From positions 265,816-329,815 of the forward strand of contig RBZT01000435.1 of NCBI GenBank assembly GCA_003693705.1: DNA of 64,000 nucleotides. Reading direction: 5' to 3'. Source of the stretch: Polymyxa betae A26-41. Taxonomy: Eukaryota > Protista > Endomyxa: Phytomyxea. Within the stretch, counting starts at the first letter, position 1; each line of letters opens with the position of its first letter. Below are positions 1 through 13,132 of this stretch, one piece after another. Below the pieces are notes generated by a model. It worked only from the letters and a program-made list of their open reading frames with translations, searched no databases and was not told the origin of the DNA. The position numbers were made by a program, and so were the translations under genes.

Positions 1-3000
1 AGCATCCACAAACTGAACATGATGCAGACGACACGATCGGCCTGGCCATCATTTTGCACATTCTGGCAACAGATAAATTATTGTCTTCTGTCATGATGGC
101 GTTGCAAAGGCGCAACATATCAGCGTCGGAAGCAAGGGTCTCGATCAAAGACAGAATCGTTTCCCGAAATTCGACATAAACAGAATCGCTATGATCAGAT
201 ATGGTTTGCAGCAAAATTGAGCTCAACGGGACGTAGCCTCGCATAGCCGCCAGAATTCCTGAAATATTTGAGCCAACATCATGTGGATTATATGAATACT
301 TTAAGACCTTGGATTGATTCTACAAGCGCAAATACCACTAAAGGGTCTGATTCATTGTTCCTCCTCTTAACGAAACAGTCGAGGACCTGGAGCCATCGCC
401 TCTCGTTTTCGGAAAACTGTGAATGACGTTGGCAGAGAGCAGAAAGGTCTGAGACCGATTGCTTCAATTCCGGAGCCGAACGAAGAAGCTCTAAGTCTGA
501 TAGTCGAATACGACGATTTCGCTCGAAATTACGTGATTGCGCTTCATTTCGTAGTGCAAGCACTAAAGGATCCAACGAATCCAACATGACGTTAAGAGCG
601 CCATCAATGTCACCTGTATAAAATGAGCGTCCTTACCGATCACAAAAACTAAAGATACCAGTGCGCTCAAGTAAGAAACAAACAGCGTCGACAATCTTGA
701 ATTGCTGGCAGATGAGCAGCACACTCTCCATCTTTCGTAAATCAGACGCAAATATGCAATGAGCAAATTATTCTTACAGAGTACTCGTAATGCGACTTGA
801 TGTAGGGCAGGACTTGTTTAGGGTCGAAATTTGCGAGAAGTTGGATAAAGGTTTCGTTGATTTCAGGAGAAGCTTCGAACTCTGGAATCTCTAGCAGTCC
901 TTGTAGAAACGGGAACTGGAGTTCAGGGATATGACTCAAACTCTTGATTGCATCATGAACTTTATCAGGATAGAGCTCCATCATTAACGCTGCCTAAAGA
1001 CGCATATTAGTGAGCATCAACACGGATAGTATAACCCACCGTATGCGCTCCATCGACAGCAACTAATGGCTTAATTCGAGCCAAAATCTGTTCGCGCAAT
1101 GAGCTTGCATTTGCTTCCCGCAATGACGAAAACAGGTATTCGAAAACGGACGGATCCGGCTCAGGGCATGCTAAAAACGCATCCAAACTGCTGATGACAT
1201 CACCCGACATTTTGTACAGGTCAATAGTCAACAAGCGATACTCGACAGTACGAGCCGCTACTATCATCAGCGACAGCACTTCGCGATCAGGAGGCAGACG
1301 AATAAGAATTGTTCTAAGAACGGCCTCCTGATCTCTAGCTGACAGCAGCTGAAATATAACCAGTCGTAGGAACAGCGGCGATACCAGAACGACACCATCT
1401 GCTAACGGTTTTGATAAGGCTCTAGTTAAAGAAGCGAGATCATCCTCAGTGAATGGGTGAAGAGGGATTGGTATAGTCCAGCCATAGGGGCAAGTGACAC
1501 AATCACGAGCGTTAACCATTGCAGATAGCAGAGCGTCAACAGCAACATCACTGGTGATACCGAATTGCGCTGGCTTCTCAGTCTTGCTGATCAGTCCAGC
1601 GAGGACGGATTGTTTAGAGGTTGAAGGTCGCCCCGACGTAGCCCAGATGTCCAGTAGCAACATATCGCCGATTGCTGGAATGAGTTCGGAAGCATGACGA
1701 CTCAACAAACGACGTAAAACGGGGGAATCCGAGCTTAGCAGGTATGTTAGAACGTCCTGCTTATCTTCAACGGTTGATGACAGAGCGAGATAACGTTTTA
1801 TGTGGCGAACAGCATGATATTCAGCCGGATTGCCTTCTTCGATTGAAGACAACAAGTCTCGGACGGGTATAGAGGGTGCCAATTGGGTTCGCTGACACAA
1901 TGAGAAGAGAGCAGACCACATTCGGTTCTGAACGCAAATCGGTCGCAGCTTATCGATATCAGTGGGCTCTAGGACCGAAAGGCAGCGTTCCAGCCGGGGC
2001 GAGTCCCGAAACGCGGAAACACATTCGGTAACGACTCGAAGAGGAACACGACGAACGTCGCTGCTGGTCTCTACGGCATCCAGAACGGCGTTTAAGAAGC
2101 TGGTGAGATGGCTGGCCGAATGCTTGAACACATCGTCGAACAGGAATTCGACATTGTTGAAACTGATGCAATAGTAAAAGACATTGGCATAAACGGCCTC
2201 CATATCGGAGCCCGAATTTGCCTTCAAGTAGGACAGAATCAGCGTTCGAAGACGAGATGTTAACAGGCTGCGTTCTTCAATATGGTCTTCGGCCTAAGCA
2301 GAGTATTTAATCATCATAGAGCAAACATAGAGATCATTAACCTGGTATAAATCAAGTGCCAGCGATAGTGCTTCTAGCCAACGCCCTGATTCAGTTAGAG
2401 AGCGAATCCGGTAAAGCGGATTCAGCATCGCGATTTGATACAGTGCGCCATTGGCGGCCAGCATCACCAGCGATGCATTCGGTACCAGCTGGATCCTGAA
2501 ACAGCTTAGCGTTGCAATCGCAATCATGCATGTTTGGGTTACGCGTGATCTGAGCTCAAGACTGATTGCAGCGTTGACGGATGGTTGTACTTGTCGTGGG
2601 TGGCGACGGCGACTCCAGCGATGCTCATCGTCTGCAGCTTGGTCATAGACTTTACATCAAGAGCGACCAGTTTGTTTTCGCTGATAAAAGCGACGCAGGA
2701 AATGTTGACAATCGCAACGAACGCCAACGGAGATTTCGACAGCGATATTTTTTGCAGCTGCATTAACTGGCGATCGCGAATCTGGAAGGTCACAATAGCG
2801 CCCTGCTGTTCGACAGCCAATATCTGTTCGTATTGGACACCCCAGGCTATGCAGGAGCACATTGATGGAAGTGGAAGACGGCTGAGCTGAGTTGGTCGTG
2901 TCCCGGTTAATTCATAAACTGTGAGATCTTTGAAACATGCTACAAAGGCGCACAGGTTGCCTGCAACTGCAGCGCTTGTGATCTGACCCAGATCGCGCTG

Positions 3001-3897
3001 AATAGGCGCCTTGGATACAGACCAGCCAATGATGTGTTTGTTAAAGAATGTGAGCATTGCAACCCCCTGAGAAACAATGTTCGTTTGGCAAAGAAACACA
3101 CTTTTTCTATAAGTGAAAAGCAGGTTAAGGCTCTGGCCAAAGATTGAAAAGCGGAAACAAAATTCAAGCAAGAAATGAAAACAGTCATTACCTTAACATC
3201 AACAGAAACGGCGGAAATGCTGGTGCAGGGCACAGCTCTTAACGAGGTGATGGGATTCACGTGCATTCCCGTCACTGATTTCACCGTTGCTTTGGAGACG
3301 ACATCCCACCTAAGGATCCGGGTATAAACAGATAGAACATTATGGTGCAGTTGATCATTGAAAAAGATATAACGAAACTTCATTCGGGCTTACAGAACGA
3401 GAGTCCCATTCTCGTGACCAACAACAAGATGTGACCCAGAACCTGTTATGTCGGCTGCAGAAACAGCACCATATCGGCCTGCGAAAACTAAGGCGCCGGC
3501 TTCGGTATAAGTTTCGAAACATTACGAGACTGATCGTTATCAAATAGCATTGCAGCCGGAACTCCAGCAAGCGGCGACATGACGACGCTGCCGCTGGTCG
3601 TCCCGATGGCGACATATCGAGCTTGTAGAGCAATACAGGTAGGTTTTCCATGTTGTGCTGGTAAGATCGGAGGCAATCGAATCAGAGCCGAGAATAAATC
3701 AGCAGAAGCCGAAGGGCGCTCATCGTTCTAGGCTAGCGTCAGCATCCTACTCGGCAAACGACATCGCCCGGCATTACATCGGCTTGCTTCAGTCGATAGA
3801 GCTGCAATTCACTAGGGCGTAAGGGACGCTCCGCATCTTCTGGTCGGGGACTGGGCTCGGAATCAGGCCGGATGTCGTCTGTCTCGAGATGGCTCAT
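1..3897 (-). CDS. VPS8: Vacuolar protein sorting 8 (CORVET subunit), multi-exon, 3' end runs off the window
   Basis: Spliced N-terminus MSHLETDD...HGKPTCIALQARYVAIGTTSGSVV (WD40 start), then GRWLEALSLALDLY, a Vps8-like central region (ORF 1007-2227) and clathrin-repeat-like C-terminal exons (QLLANFDPKQVLPYIK; LCQRHSQFSENERRWLQVLD). Confidence 0.8.
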
Positions 3898-4327
3898 GAA
3901 CGAACATTAAATCCGTCGTCTGGGGCCGCATCCTCTTAGCTCGTCCTATCGATCCATTATGTCACGTTGCCATCATTGTTACGGTCACGTTCAGTCTGGC
4001 CATGATTTCCTGTCATTATCAAAAATGCTTTCTAGTTAGATATTCTCGCATCTCCCCTCATAACAGTGTTCGAGCCCGCAGGAAAGTTTTGCCTCTATAA
4101 TTGTGTCTTTGCTTAAGTTTTATTCAAGTACAGCAAAGAAAAAAAAATTGGCCAAACTCATGGGCCAAGCGAATGGGATTCGACAATAAGGCTTTCTTTA
4201 TGTAAACCAACACCATTTTGAGCCCAACAGGTCGAGATCTGGAAACAAAAAGTTGTGGGTGATTAGAGAAACCCCATCAAGTCATTTGATTGTATCTGTA
4301 TTAGAAAGTCGAAGTTATTCTTTGCAT

Positions 4328-4829
4328 TCAGGTGTCAGCGATTGAGCTCCATTGGCTTGGCTCTGTTGTAGAGTATCTCAACAGTAATGATTCGATGACG
4401 TCCAGCTCTTGTGCCATTTGCCGAAGTGGCTCATCCCAATAAGTACACGATCGCAGCTCATCCAGTTTATGTTGAACATGCTCGTATAAGCGCCTGACCA
4501 CGATTTTCATCAGCTTTTCTTGATCTGCTGATAACATGATGATTCCTTGGCCAAATGAAAAACTGGTCGCTGTTCGCAGATACTGAAATCGTTGTCTCGA
4601 ACTTTCTCGAATGTCATTACATTTACAAACGATAAACTCATCAAAAGCCTTTTATAAACTCAACAAAAGCCTTTACATATGGCAAAAAATTGCATCGTTC
4701 CGTTAGCGTTATTCTATCAACTGAAAATGTGTTTGCAGAAGAATTCAGCTGTAAAAAGAAAGCCTCGGTAACCGCAGATTCCTTTGCACAGGCTGTACAG
4801 GGTCGCCAACTGCCACCGCTAAACAGCAT
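4328..4829 (-). CDS. Hypothetical protein (two ORF pieces joined across a 22-bp tandem duplication)
   Basis: ORF 4641-4829 and the frame leading into ORF 4328-4537 join if a 28-nt GT-AG segment (4649-4676) is removed. No family recognised. Confidence 0.4.
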
Positions 4830-4978
4830 AATGCTTCTATATTATCATGACCGTTGGCTGATTACGAACACCAGAGCTTTGCTAGAAAGCTTTCGCAATG
4901 AGGGTTCGGTCCATATTCGGTGATAATCAGTCCGCGCCTGTCTTCAACCCTTTCATTCCCAATAACATTGGCTTTACT

Positions 4979-6839
4979 ATGGGCTGGTCTTGTTCAGCCT
5001 GCACTTACAACAATGCCAACATGGCATCGACAGCGTGCGAAATCTGTGGCACAGCTCGACCGGCTCAGGCAGCTGCTGCACCTGTCGTCAAGGTCTGAGA
5101 GATGATCTTGTTGCTAGAATCGTCGTGTTTAATGGTTCTGCTCAGGCTCAGGGAACAGGTTGGGCTTGCCACCAATGCACATACGTCAATGTGCCTTTAG
5201 CGACAAGATGTGCTATTTGTGACTCTGTACGAGCCGATGATATGATGATGATTGATGATGATGATGAAAAGATGCCTCCTTCCACCAGCCCAGTTTCAAG
5301 GCTGAATGCAATCGATCTTACAGGATCGCCCGCTCCTCAACGTCCAGTAGCGAATGGGGTCGCTGTTTCACAAAATGCCATGAAACTGCCCAGCGAATTG
5401 GAAGCGAAAAGGCTGTTGGCTGAAGCCCAGGCGAAAGAACAGGAACGCATTCAAAAAGAGCAAGTCTTAAAGTCCAAGCTGAAAGAGCAACGAATGCGAG
5501 ACCTTGCTGAAAGGAAGGAAGAAATCGCACGCGAGAAGCGGGAACTTGCAAAAAAGAAAGATGCTGAACGCTTCGAGTCTACGAAACAGCTCTTCGAAAT
5601 GGAGAAACGCCACCAAGAAGAGCTTCGGCTTGCTAAAGAAAGGCGTAGTCAGGTTGAACAGTCTCTTCTTGATATTCCCAGGTAATAATTATCCTCATCT
5701 TCGCTTTTTTTTATCTCATTTGATGCATAGTGCAATTCGGTTTGTTCATGAGCGTTATGGCATGGAAGCTGTTAAGGTAGTCAATCAAATCTCTTAAATC
5801 GAAACGCTTATTGGGGTCAGGACGTCTTATCGCTTATATCGAAGATTCTTTTCAACATTATTCGATCGCCGAATGAAGAGAAGTTTCGGATGATTCTGAC
5901 TTCCAGTCCGTCGTTCCAAAACCGGATCGAAAGCCGCTTGGGGGCGTCAGTTCTGATGAAGCTGCTTGGTTTCCAGTATCAGCAATTAGAAGACGGGACT
6001 GGCCAAAAACGAGAAGCTCTCTTCATGGCCTCTCCTAATCTCACATTCCTCCAAACTGAATACGAGAAAATGATGGCTTTATTGAATCGTCCCGAGACCC
6101 GCCTGCACACATACCTGCCACCACCGTCTCAAAACGAGGATATCCCACTACTCTTTCTCATGTCTTTTCGTCAAGTTCTTGATAACATCGTCGTTGCGCC
6201 AACCTCGTGCGTCGCTGGCAAGGTTACATATCTCTCTCGTTGTTTTTTTAAGGGATTGTGACAGTATTTCAGATTGACAGACGCTCCGACATTTACAAAG
6301 CTTTCTTCGCGGCATTCGCCCCTGCCGCGTCAGTTCTGAAGGAATTCGACTTTGAATTTCAAGATGTTTTCTGGACGTGGAAGGGAAAGAATTTGATCAA
6401 ACTGCAGAGAGGAGTTCGTGATCTCGACAAGGAAATCCTTAAACGACTATCGAACTGTTCGATTGTCAAAGCACTGGATTATGTCAGTGGTCATAATTCT
6501 CGTTCTGCAACAAGTGCTTTAGTAGAGAAAGTACAAGCTGTGCTGACAAATATCGTCAATGATATGCATCAGACAAGTCGTCATGTCGTTCCGTTACAGC
6601 CATTGCTCGTAAGCCTACCGTTTTGTTCGCGAACGTTTTTCGCTCAGCGATAATTGTAGAAACTTACTGGACCTATTGATGGCCTAAGAGAGTTCTTGAC
6701 CGCATTAGGATTCCATGTAGATCCCGAATTGAAAATTGCCAGAGTACCTTATCCATATCAGAACGGAATTGAGCCGTATCGTTTGGGTTTGGAGATTGTC
6801 CAAGTAGCTTGGAAGAGAATATTAAAGTCATTAAGATAA
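4979..6839 (+). CDS. Protein with 2x RanBP2/NZF zinc fingers, a coiled coil and tandem PUB-like domains
   Basis: WSCSACTYNN..CEIC and WACHQCTYVN..CAIC fingers; PUB-like segments KILFNIIRSPNEEKFRMI...LLGF, QVLDNIVVAP...KEFDF and AVLTNIVND...LTALGF; canonical short introns. Confidence 0.75.
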
Positions 6840-6938
6840 GATTGTAAACATTTCACTTCTGTATTCGACGTTTCATCATGAACAGAGATGTTAATAGTTG
6901 CATTAATAAACATGAATCGAGCAGAAGTCAGATAATAA

Positions 6939-7900
6939 TTACAGTGGTTTACTACTATTACTTGAAATGTTCGATTTCCTGCGCTTTTTGAAGCTGAACT
7001 GGATTTTCTGATTACCATCGACAGCCGGTTTCTCATCGACTTTTTCATCCTCTCGCTGCTTTTCAGCCCTGGCTTTTCGAGCTTGGATTCTTATTGCAGG
7101 AAGGCCATAATCATTCTCTAGTTCTGCGATTTGTTCGCGCTCTGTGTATTCATCTATGTCAACATAAGAAGTAGGCACCATATCTGGGTTCGGTAACGAT
7201 TGCACTGGCTCCTCTTCGTTTTCAGGCTCCTGCAAAAATTTAAAGACAATCAAAGCTATTGAATCCACTAACCTCCAGGATTTCCTGGGTTTGCTCGTGC
7301 ACAGGAACATTTTCCCAGACGCCAATCCCCGTGGCTTCGTCGATTTCAACGTCAGCACGTTTTACATAATCAATAAATGTCGGAGGTGGTGGCTCTGACG
7401 AGAAGAATTTGTGCTCTGGAAATCGGTCATCAGGATCTTCGATTACTGGTACCTGCTGCTGGAACTCTTCTTCATCTGGACCTCTATATACTTGAGGTCC
7501 AGCACGAGATGGAGCTGCTGTCAGTGAAACAGGTTCGTATAGATAATTGCCTCCAGCGGCAAGCGCGGACGAACGAATAAACCCGGAATGAGCATCGCCA
7601 TGAAGTGCAGCGACGGCAGCTTGTTCAATTGCGCGAATTTCGGCTTCCTTGTCCTGCTGCAATCGCTTTTGATCGAATTCGCGCCTTCTGAGCGCCTTCA
7701 TCTGCTGCCGCATATTGTTCTGATGTCGACCAGCAGCTTCATGCTGGCGGATTTTCTGTAATGGACGTTAAACCGATGGGAGCCAGTACGTCTGTCACAC
7801 CAACGTTGGGATGTCCGTCGACAAAGACTTTGCAGACATTGCACCAATGCTTATCGTTGGGCCTGGCCCAAGTCGCCGTCGTATTTGGTAGTCGACTCAT
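6939..7900 (-). CDS. U1/matrin-type zinc-finger spliceosomal protein (WBP4/FBP21-like, no clear WW domain)
   Basis: W..NDKHWCNVCKVFV...HEAAGRHQNN U1-type finger, following coiled coil, C-terminal IQFSFKKRRK. Confidence 0.65.
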
Positions 7901-8174
7901 CGCTCTTGAATAATCCCGGACACCGGATAGACAGTTGCGAATATATGAATCTTCGACGGTGGACCAGCAAGACGAACTGGACTTAAACACGTGCTGCGAC
8001 GAATTTATTTCCGAAATATCACTAAGCAGTTTGAGGAATTTCGGTAAACGAACGTTGTTCTGTTAGGAAGCAAACTTGCTCTATCAATCGAGAATTCAAG
8101 ATATTCGTTGAACCTGTGGAACCTGGAAAAACGGAACATTTTTTAACGAGAAAGCATATCTTCTCGATTTATTA

Positions 8175-10382
8175 TTAGCAAATCCTGCGACTAAGCTCTG
8201 CATTGATTGAGCTCGGTTATGTTAGTAATAATGCCACATCATCTCTGTCAAATTCTCCTATTGCTAGATTGAACCTTTTCCTAGACCATTCAATCAGAGT
8301 GGAATAGTTGATATGAAAACTGAGAACCTCTCTGGTGGTGGTTTCTTTAGCCATGCCATGTTGATATCATATGCAGAACCGCATTGCATTAACCTCTTAT
8401 AGCTTTCACGTGATACTGGTCCTATTTTCGGCACAGATCGGGAGTGATTGAGCAAGGATAGTCTTAAACTCTTGAGCGTTCGATTCGACCTCAATGTTGC
8501 GTTCGATTTGCTGTTGTGCAATGTTTGTTCTTCCTCCGCATCGAGTTCATCCAATCTTTCTAAAGAAAAAATTAGGATGAACGGGAACCTAGCCGAAACC
8601 CATTTACCGAATCCGGGATCCTTCTGTTTTGCAGCCACAGGTTTAGGAGAAGCTGATCTAGGATGCCTTGGGGGGTGGGGATGTTCAGGCATCGATAAGC
8701 CGAACTCTCTCATGATGGTTTGAGGGTTGAACTGGCCGTTCAGCTTGATGTGTTCAAGTTTCATTGCCAATTCCTCCTTCTTTCGCCTCGCGCCCATGGC
8801 TAACTTTCGTCTACGTGAATGAGCAGTTAGCAAAGAACGCAAGGTTTTTTAAACGAAAAGTAACCCAAACTCAATTCTAAAGTTGAGGGAATGAAAAGGT
8901 TACCTCTGCTCGATGAGTTTCTTGGACTTCCTTTTAACAGCTTCAGTAATCTGATTCTCCAGTTCGATTCGCTGGCGAATCATCATGCAGCGATACTCGT
9001 GAGCACGTTGCTGCCGTTGAATAGTCTCGATTCGTTCTAGTTTCTGCATCCGCTCCAGTTCGCGAATGCGTTGCGTTTCCCGCTGCCGCTCACGTTGCAG
9101 TTCAGCCTGATGTTGCTGTTCAGCAGCCTCCTAGTTTGATTATTTAGCGCAATTCGAGAGACAGATCAGTAAGCTACCTTCTCAGCGAAAGCTTTCTTTC
9201 TAGCTTCGTACTTGTCAATGTTAGCCTGAAGAGTCGCTTTGACCTTTCGCATGTGGTTCTGACTCTCCTCAACCGTTTTTTGGATTTGAAGGTTTCTTTC
9301 AGCTTCAAATCTGGCACGACGGCGTTTAGCTTTGGCATTCTTCCGTTCGAAATCCCGTTTCTTTTGTTCAAGAATCAATTGCTCTTTTGTTTTCGCTTGT
9401 TCAACGCGCGCTTTCAATGCTTCAGCTTGCGCTCGGTGCGTTTCTATTTCTTGCTGGCGTTTTTTTGCTATTGCTTCCAACTTCCGTTTTTCGCGATCCT
9501 CCAGAATTAATTCGCGCTCGTAGGCGGCTCGCTCATGTTCAGCCTGCAGAGAATTTGGGCATGGGATCCTCTAACGTGGCTTCTCTAACCTGCATTTGTT
9601 GAAGCATCGTTTCTCTTTCCTTTTGTTTTCGCCGGCGTTCAAGTTCTTTCTGTTGAGCCAAAGCCTTTCGCTTCTTTTGTTCTTCGATTTCCTTCTTCTT
9701 CATAAGCTGCGCTTCTTCAAATTCTCTTTGTGCGATCTCCTCTGAGGGAATCGACAATTAGAATAGAGATGAAAAGGCGAATTTTTTACCTTGTCGCCTC
9801 AACTCTGCTAGTTCTTCTTGATATTTCTGCTCCTCTACAAGCAGTCAGGCATTATAACCTGAAAAACCTGGTTTGGATACCTTTCAATTTCCGTTGTCTT
9901 TCCCATTCTTTGGCATGTTCAGCTTTTTCCAGTGCACGCTTCTCTTCCAGAGCGAGCTCTTTTGCTCTCTTGGCCTCATTCATCATTGCAATCTCTTGCA
10001 TCTTGATTTCGTACTCAATGAATTGTTGCAGTTCTTTATGTTGGGCTTCTTCTAATTTTTTCAGTCGGGCCCTCTCTCGCGCAGCAAAATCTTGTGTGGA
10101 ATGCTGATTCTGAGCCTCTACGACTCCGTTCCTTTTTGCCGCTTTCCTTCTTTCTTCTCGTTGAACTTCCTCTATGACTTTCTCCCGTTCGCTTATTATC
10201 TCATTTATGAACTCTTCTCTTTTTCGATCGTAATGCTGTTTACGCATCTCTTGAAATTCCAGCAGCAGATTCTCTTCAGCAAACGATGCCAGATTTCGCG
10301 GCTGAATTCCTGATTCTAGAATACCAAGGCGATTCATCGCCTCTTTTGTTCGCGGCGATTGAGGGTTAATTTTACTCGACAT
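8175..10382 (-). CDS. Long coiled-coil protein, CCDC177/DUF4659-like N-terminus
   Basis: N-terminal QSPRTKEAMNRLGI...HYDRKR motif followed by E/K/R/Q-rich exons (ORFs 9852-10466, 9539-9757, 9166-9480, 8294-8842). Confidence 0.55.
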
Positions 10383-10849
10383 TTTGCGAGTATTTGCAGC
10401 AGATGAAACGTCAGAATCGACGTTGTACAATAGCTCAGTATGAAAGTCTGGTCTTGTAAACGGCACACGCCATTAACATTTCAATCATAATCGAAATCTG
10501 AATGAATTCAATACATTTTTGGGCAAAATGATGGAAAATCAAGAGCCGGTTTTTGATCTCAACTTTGGCTTGGAGGCAGCAGGTGACATCTATAAATAGA
10601 TTTTCTGCTCAATCCCGTTTTAAGTACAACTTGCTGTCGACAATTGGTCATGCACGCCGGACGCCAAGATGGAGATCTGCAGTTGACCAGAACCGTTTAA
10701 AAGTCAACGTCTCGCTTTTGGCAGGCGCAGAATCGGGAGTGGAGCCATCTGTGTGCTTTGCCTCGTCATTGTGGGTATCGCTGTGGCCTGTGGTCAAGGG
10801 GTTGCGTCCTACTGGGCGTAAGATTCCCTATCGCCTAGCTAGCAGAGCG

Positions 10850-12978
10850 ATGACAGATCCAGACATACTTCATGAATTGAGGCTGCTTGCTGACCTGGGC
10901 CAGAATCTGCATCGTCTGCAGGCCGTCCACGATGGCCTACAGAGCTCTCTGTCTGCGGCGTTGCTGGATTCGGGGCCTGTCCCAAAATCCGTTTTGGAAG
11001 CTGCTCTGCATTTAGACTATGCGAACGATGTTCTTAGGAAAAAGTTGGCCCTGGAATGTGAGGAAAAACGAAACCATATGGTATGGTTAGCTTTTTCGTC
11101 TTCTATAATGCTAACGTCTTTGTTAGATCCGCAGCTGTAAATCCCGATTCGACACTTCATTCATCGTTCAATTAGAAAATGCCTTTCAATTAGATTGGTA
11201 CTCAAGCTCCTATGCCGTTTTGCATGGAGCCGAACCAAGAATCCCTGATGGGTCTGGTCCCGCTGTTGAAGATAACGTCTGCAAATGGGGGTTCGATCGC
11301 GATCTCAAAGAGCAAATTGTATGTGCACTTTTCTGGTTTTATCAGATTTGCTGAAGGCTGGTTGAAGCTTGACGCATTGCAACCGGCCTCCGATCATCTT
11401 GATAGTGGCGAAAGAATAGAGGATACCGACTCTCATTTTCAAGAAAGTACATCTTCTGTTTCTGCTTCTTTCAGAAGCCTCAGTCTGCAAGAAGCTCCTA
11501 AAAGAAGCTCCCATGTGCGAGATACGCCATTTGATTATGGGTTTCCGCAGGAAGCTTCTCCTTACCGATTCGATGGGGAGCCGGAATCTTCAATTTTGTT
11601 GCAGCCTTTAAGTCCAGGTTCCGGGAATGAATCAATTAAAGCTGGAAGCCTGCATCAACTAATTGAGCGCCTGACCGATGATAAGACACAGGATCTTAAT
11701 CTGAGATTCGTGTTTCTGCTCACTTATCACTCGTTCACTTCCTCAAGTGAGTTCCTCGATCTTCTAGTGGAGCGCTATTGCCTACCTCCTCCTCCAAACG
11801 CTACGCCAAATGAAGTTGTTTATTTCCAAAATAGTAATGCTAATTTCGATTGCAGCATTCTGCTCTAAATTCCTTTCCAGACAAAAGGAAAGGGATTCGA
11901 CTAAAAATTTTCAGCGTATTGAAAAAATGGGTAGAAGATCACTATGCCGATTTTTTCCAAGATGATGATCTAAACACCCGCCTAAAGGATCTTCTGAGAA
12001 CATGTTTCGCTGTACAAGTTGATTTTTGCTTGTTTATGCATAATCTCAATTCGATTGCAGGACGAACCATGGTCCCGCAAGTTATCAGCTACTATTCTGA
12101 ATGTTATCCAGAAGCAAGAGTCAGGAAGCTCTAGAAATACTCTTTTAGATTTCGAACATCGCGCTCCATCTCCTGAATTTCGCTGTTTCGCTTCTGTCGA
12201 TGAGATTGAGTCCAAATTCACTGATATATCACCATTAGAAATCGCCCGGCAACTCTGTATATCTGATTTCGAAGTATTTTGTCGGATTGAGTCCCGCGAG
12301 TGTTTAAATCAGGTAACTAGCTTGGGCTTTTATTATATTCCCTGATCCTGACGATGTAGAAAGGCATGGTCGAAGCCTAATCGGAATTCGCAAGCCCCTA
12401 ATATCATGAGAATGATCCAACGATTTAACCATGTCTCTCAATGGAGTCAGTGGGTGGTTTTAAATGCTCCAACAAGGTCTCAGCGTCAGCTCTGTCTTCG
12501 GCAAATGATCAAGATTGGGGAACGTTGCTTGGCTTTGAATAACTTCACCTCTGCATGTGCCATATATGCTGGTTTGGAATCAAATCCGGTGTATCGATTA
12601 AGGAACGTTTGGGAGGCTCTTCCGTCTAAAATTGTCAAATTATACGAAGCTTTGCAGGGCACCTTCAAATCCGACTCGAAGACCAAACAGCACTTTAGGA
12701 CGATACTGCAAGAAGCCATCCCACCGTGCATACCTCATCTTGGGCTGTTCTTGTCCGACTTAACGTTTATTGAAGATGGAAATTCAGACGAGATAGGTGG
12801 GCTCATTAACTTTTCGAAGCGAAGAAAGCTTAGTGAAAGGATAATGTGGATAAAGCAATATCAGCAAGTTGGCTACCAGCTAACTAAAGTTCCCGTGCTG
12901 CAAGAATATCTCCAACGTTCTCTCATCCTTCGTAGCGATGATGAGTTGTACAGTTTAAGCAAGCAAATAAAACCGTAA
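10850..12978 (+). CDS. Ras guanine-nucleotide exchange factor (REM + CDC25 domains)
   Basis: IKAGSLHQLIERLT...FLLTYHSF (REM); EIARQL, NNFTSACAIYAGL, PPCIPHLGLFLSDLTFIEDGN, INFSKRR (CDC25). Confidence 0.92.
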
Positions 12979-13132
12979 CTATTTATTTATGCTACGATTT
13001 GCATCGAAACTGACCGGAATGATTCATGTTCGTGAATCATCATCCCTTTCAGATGGTTTTAAACATCAGCAGATATCACAAAGAAAACCAGTTTCTAGAG
13101 GATATTTGTCGCCATAAGGCCAGCAGTAGCCG

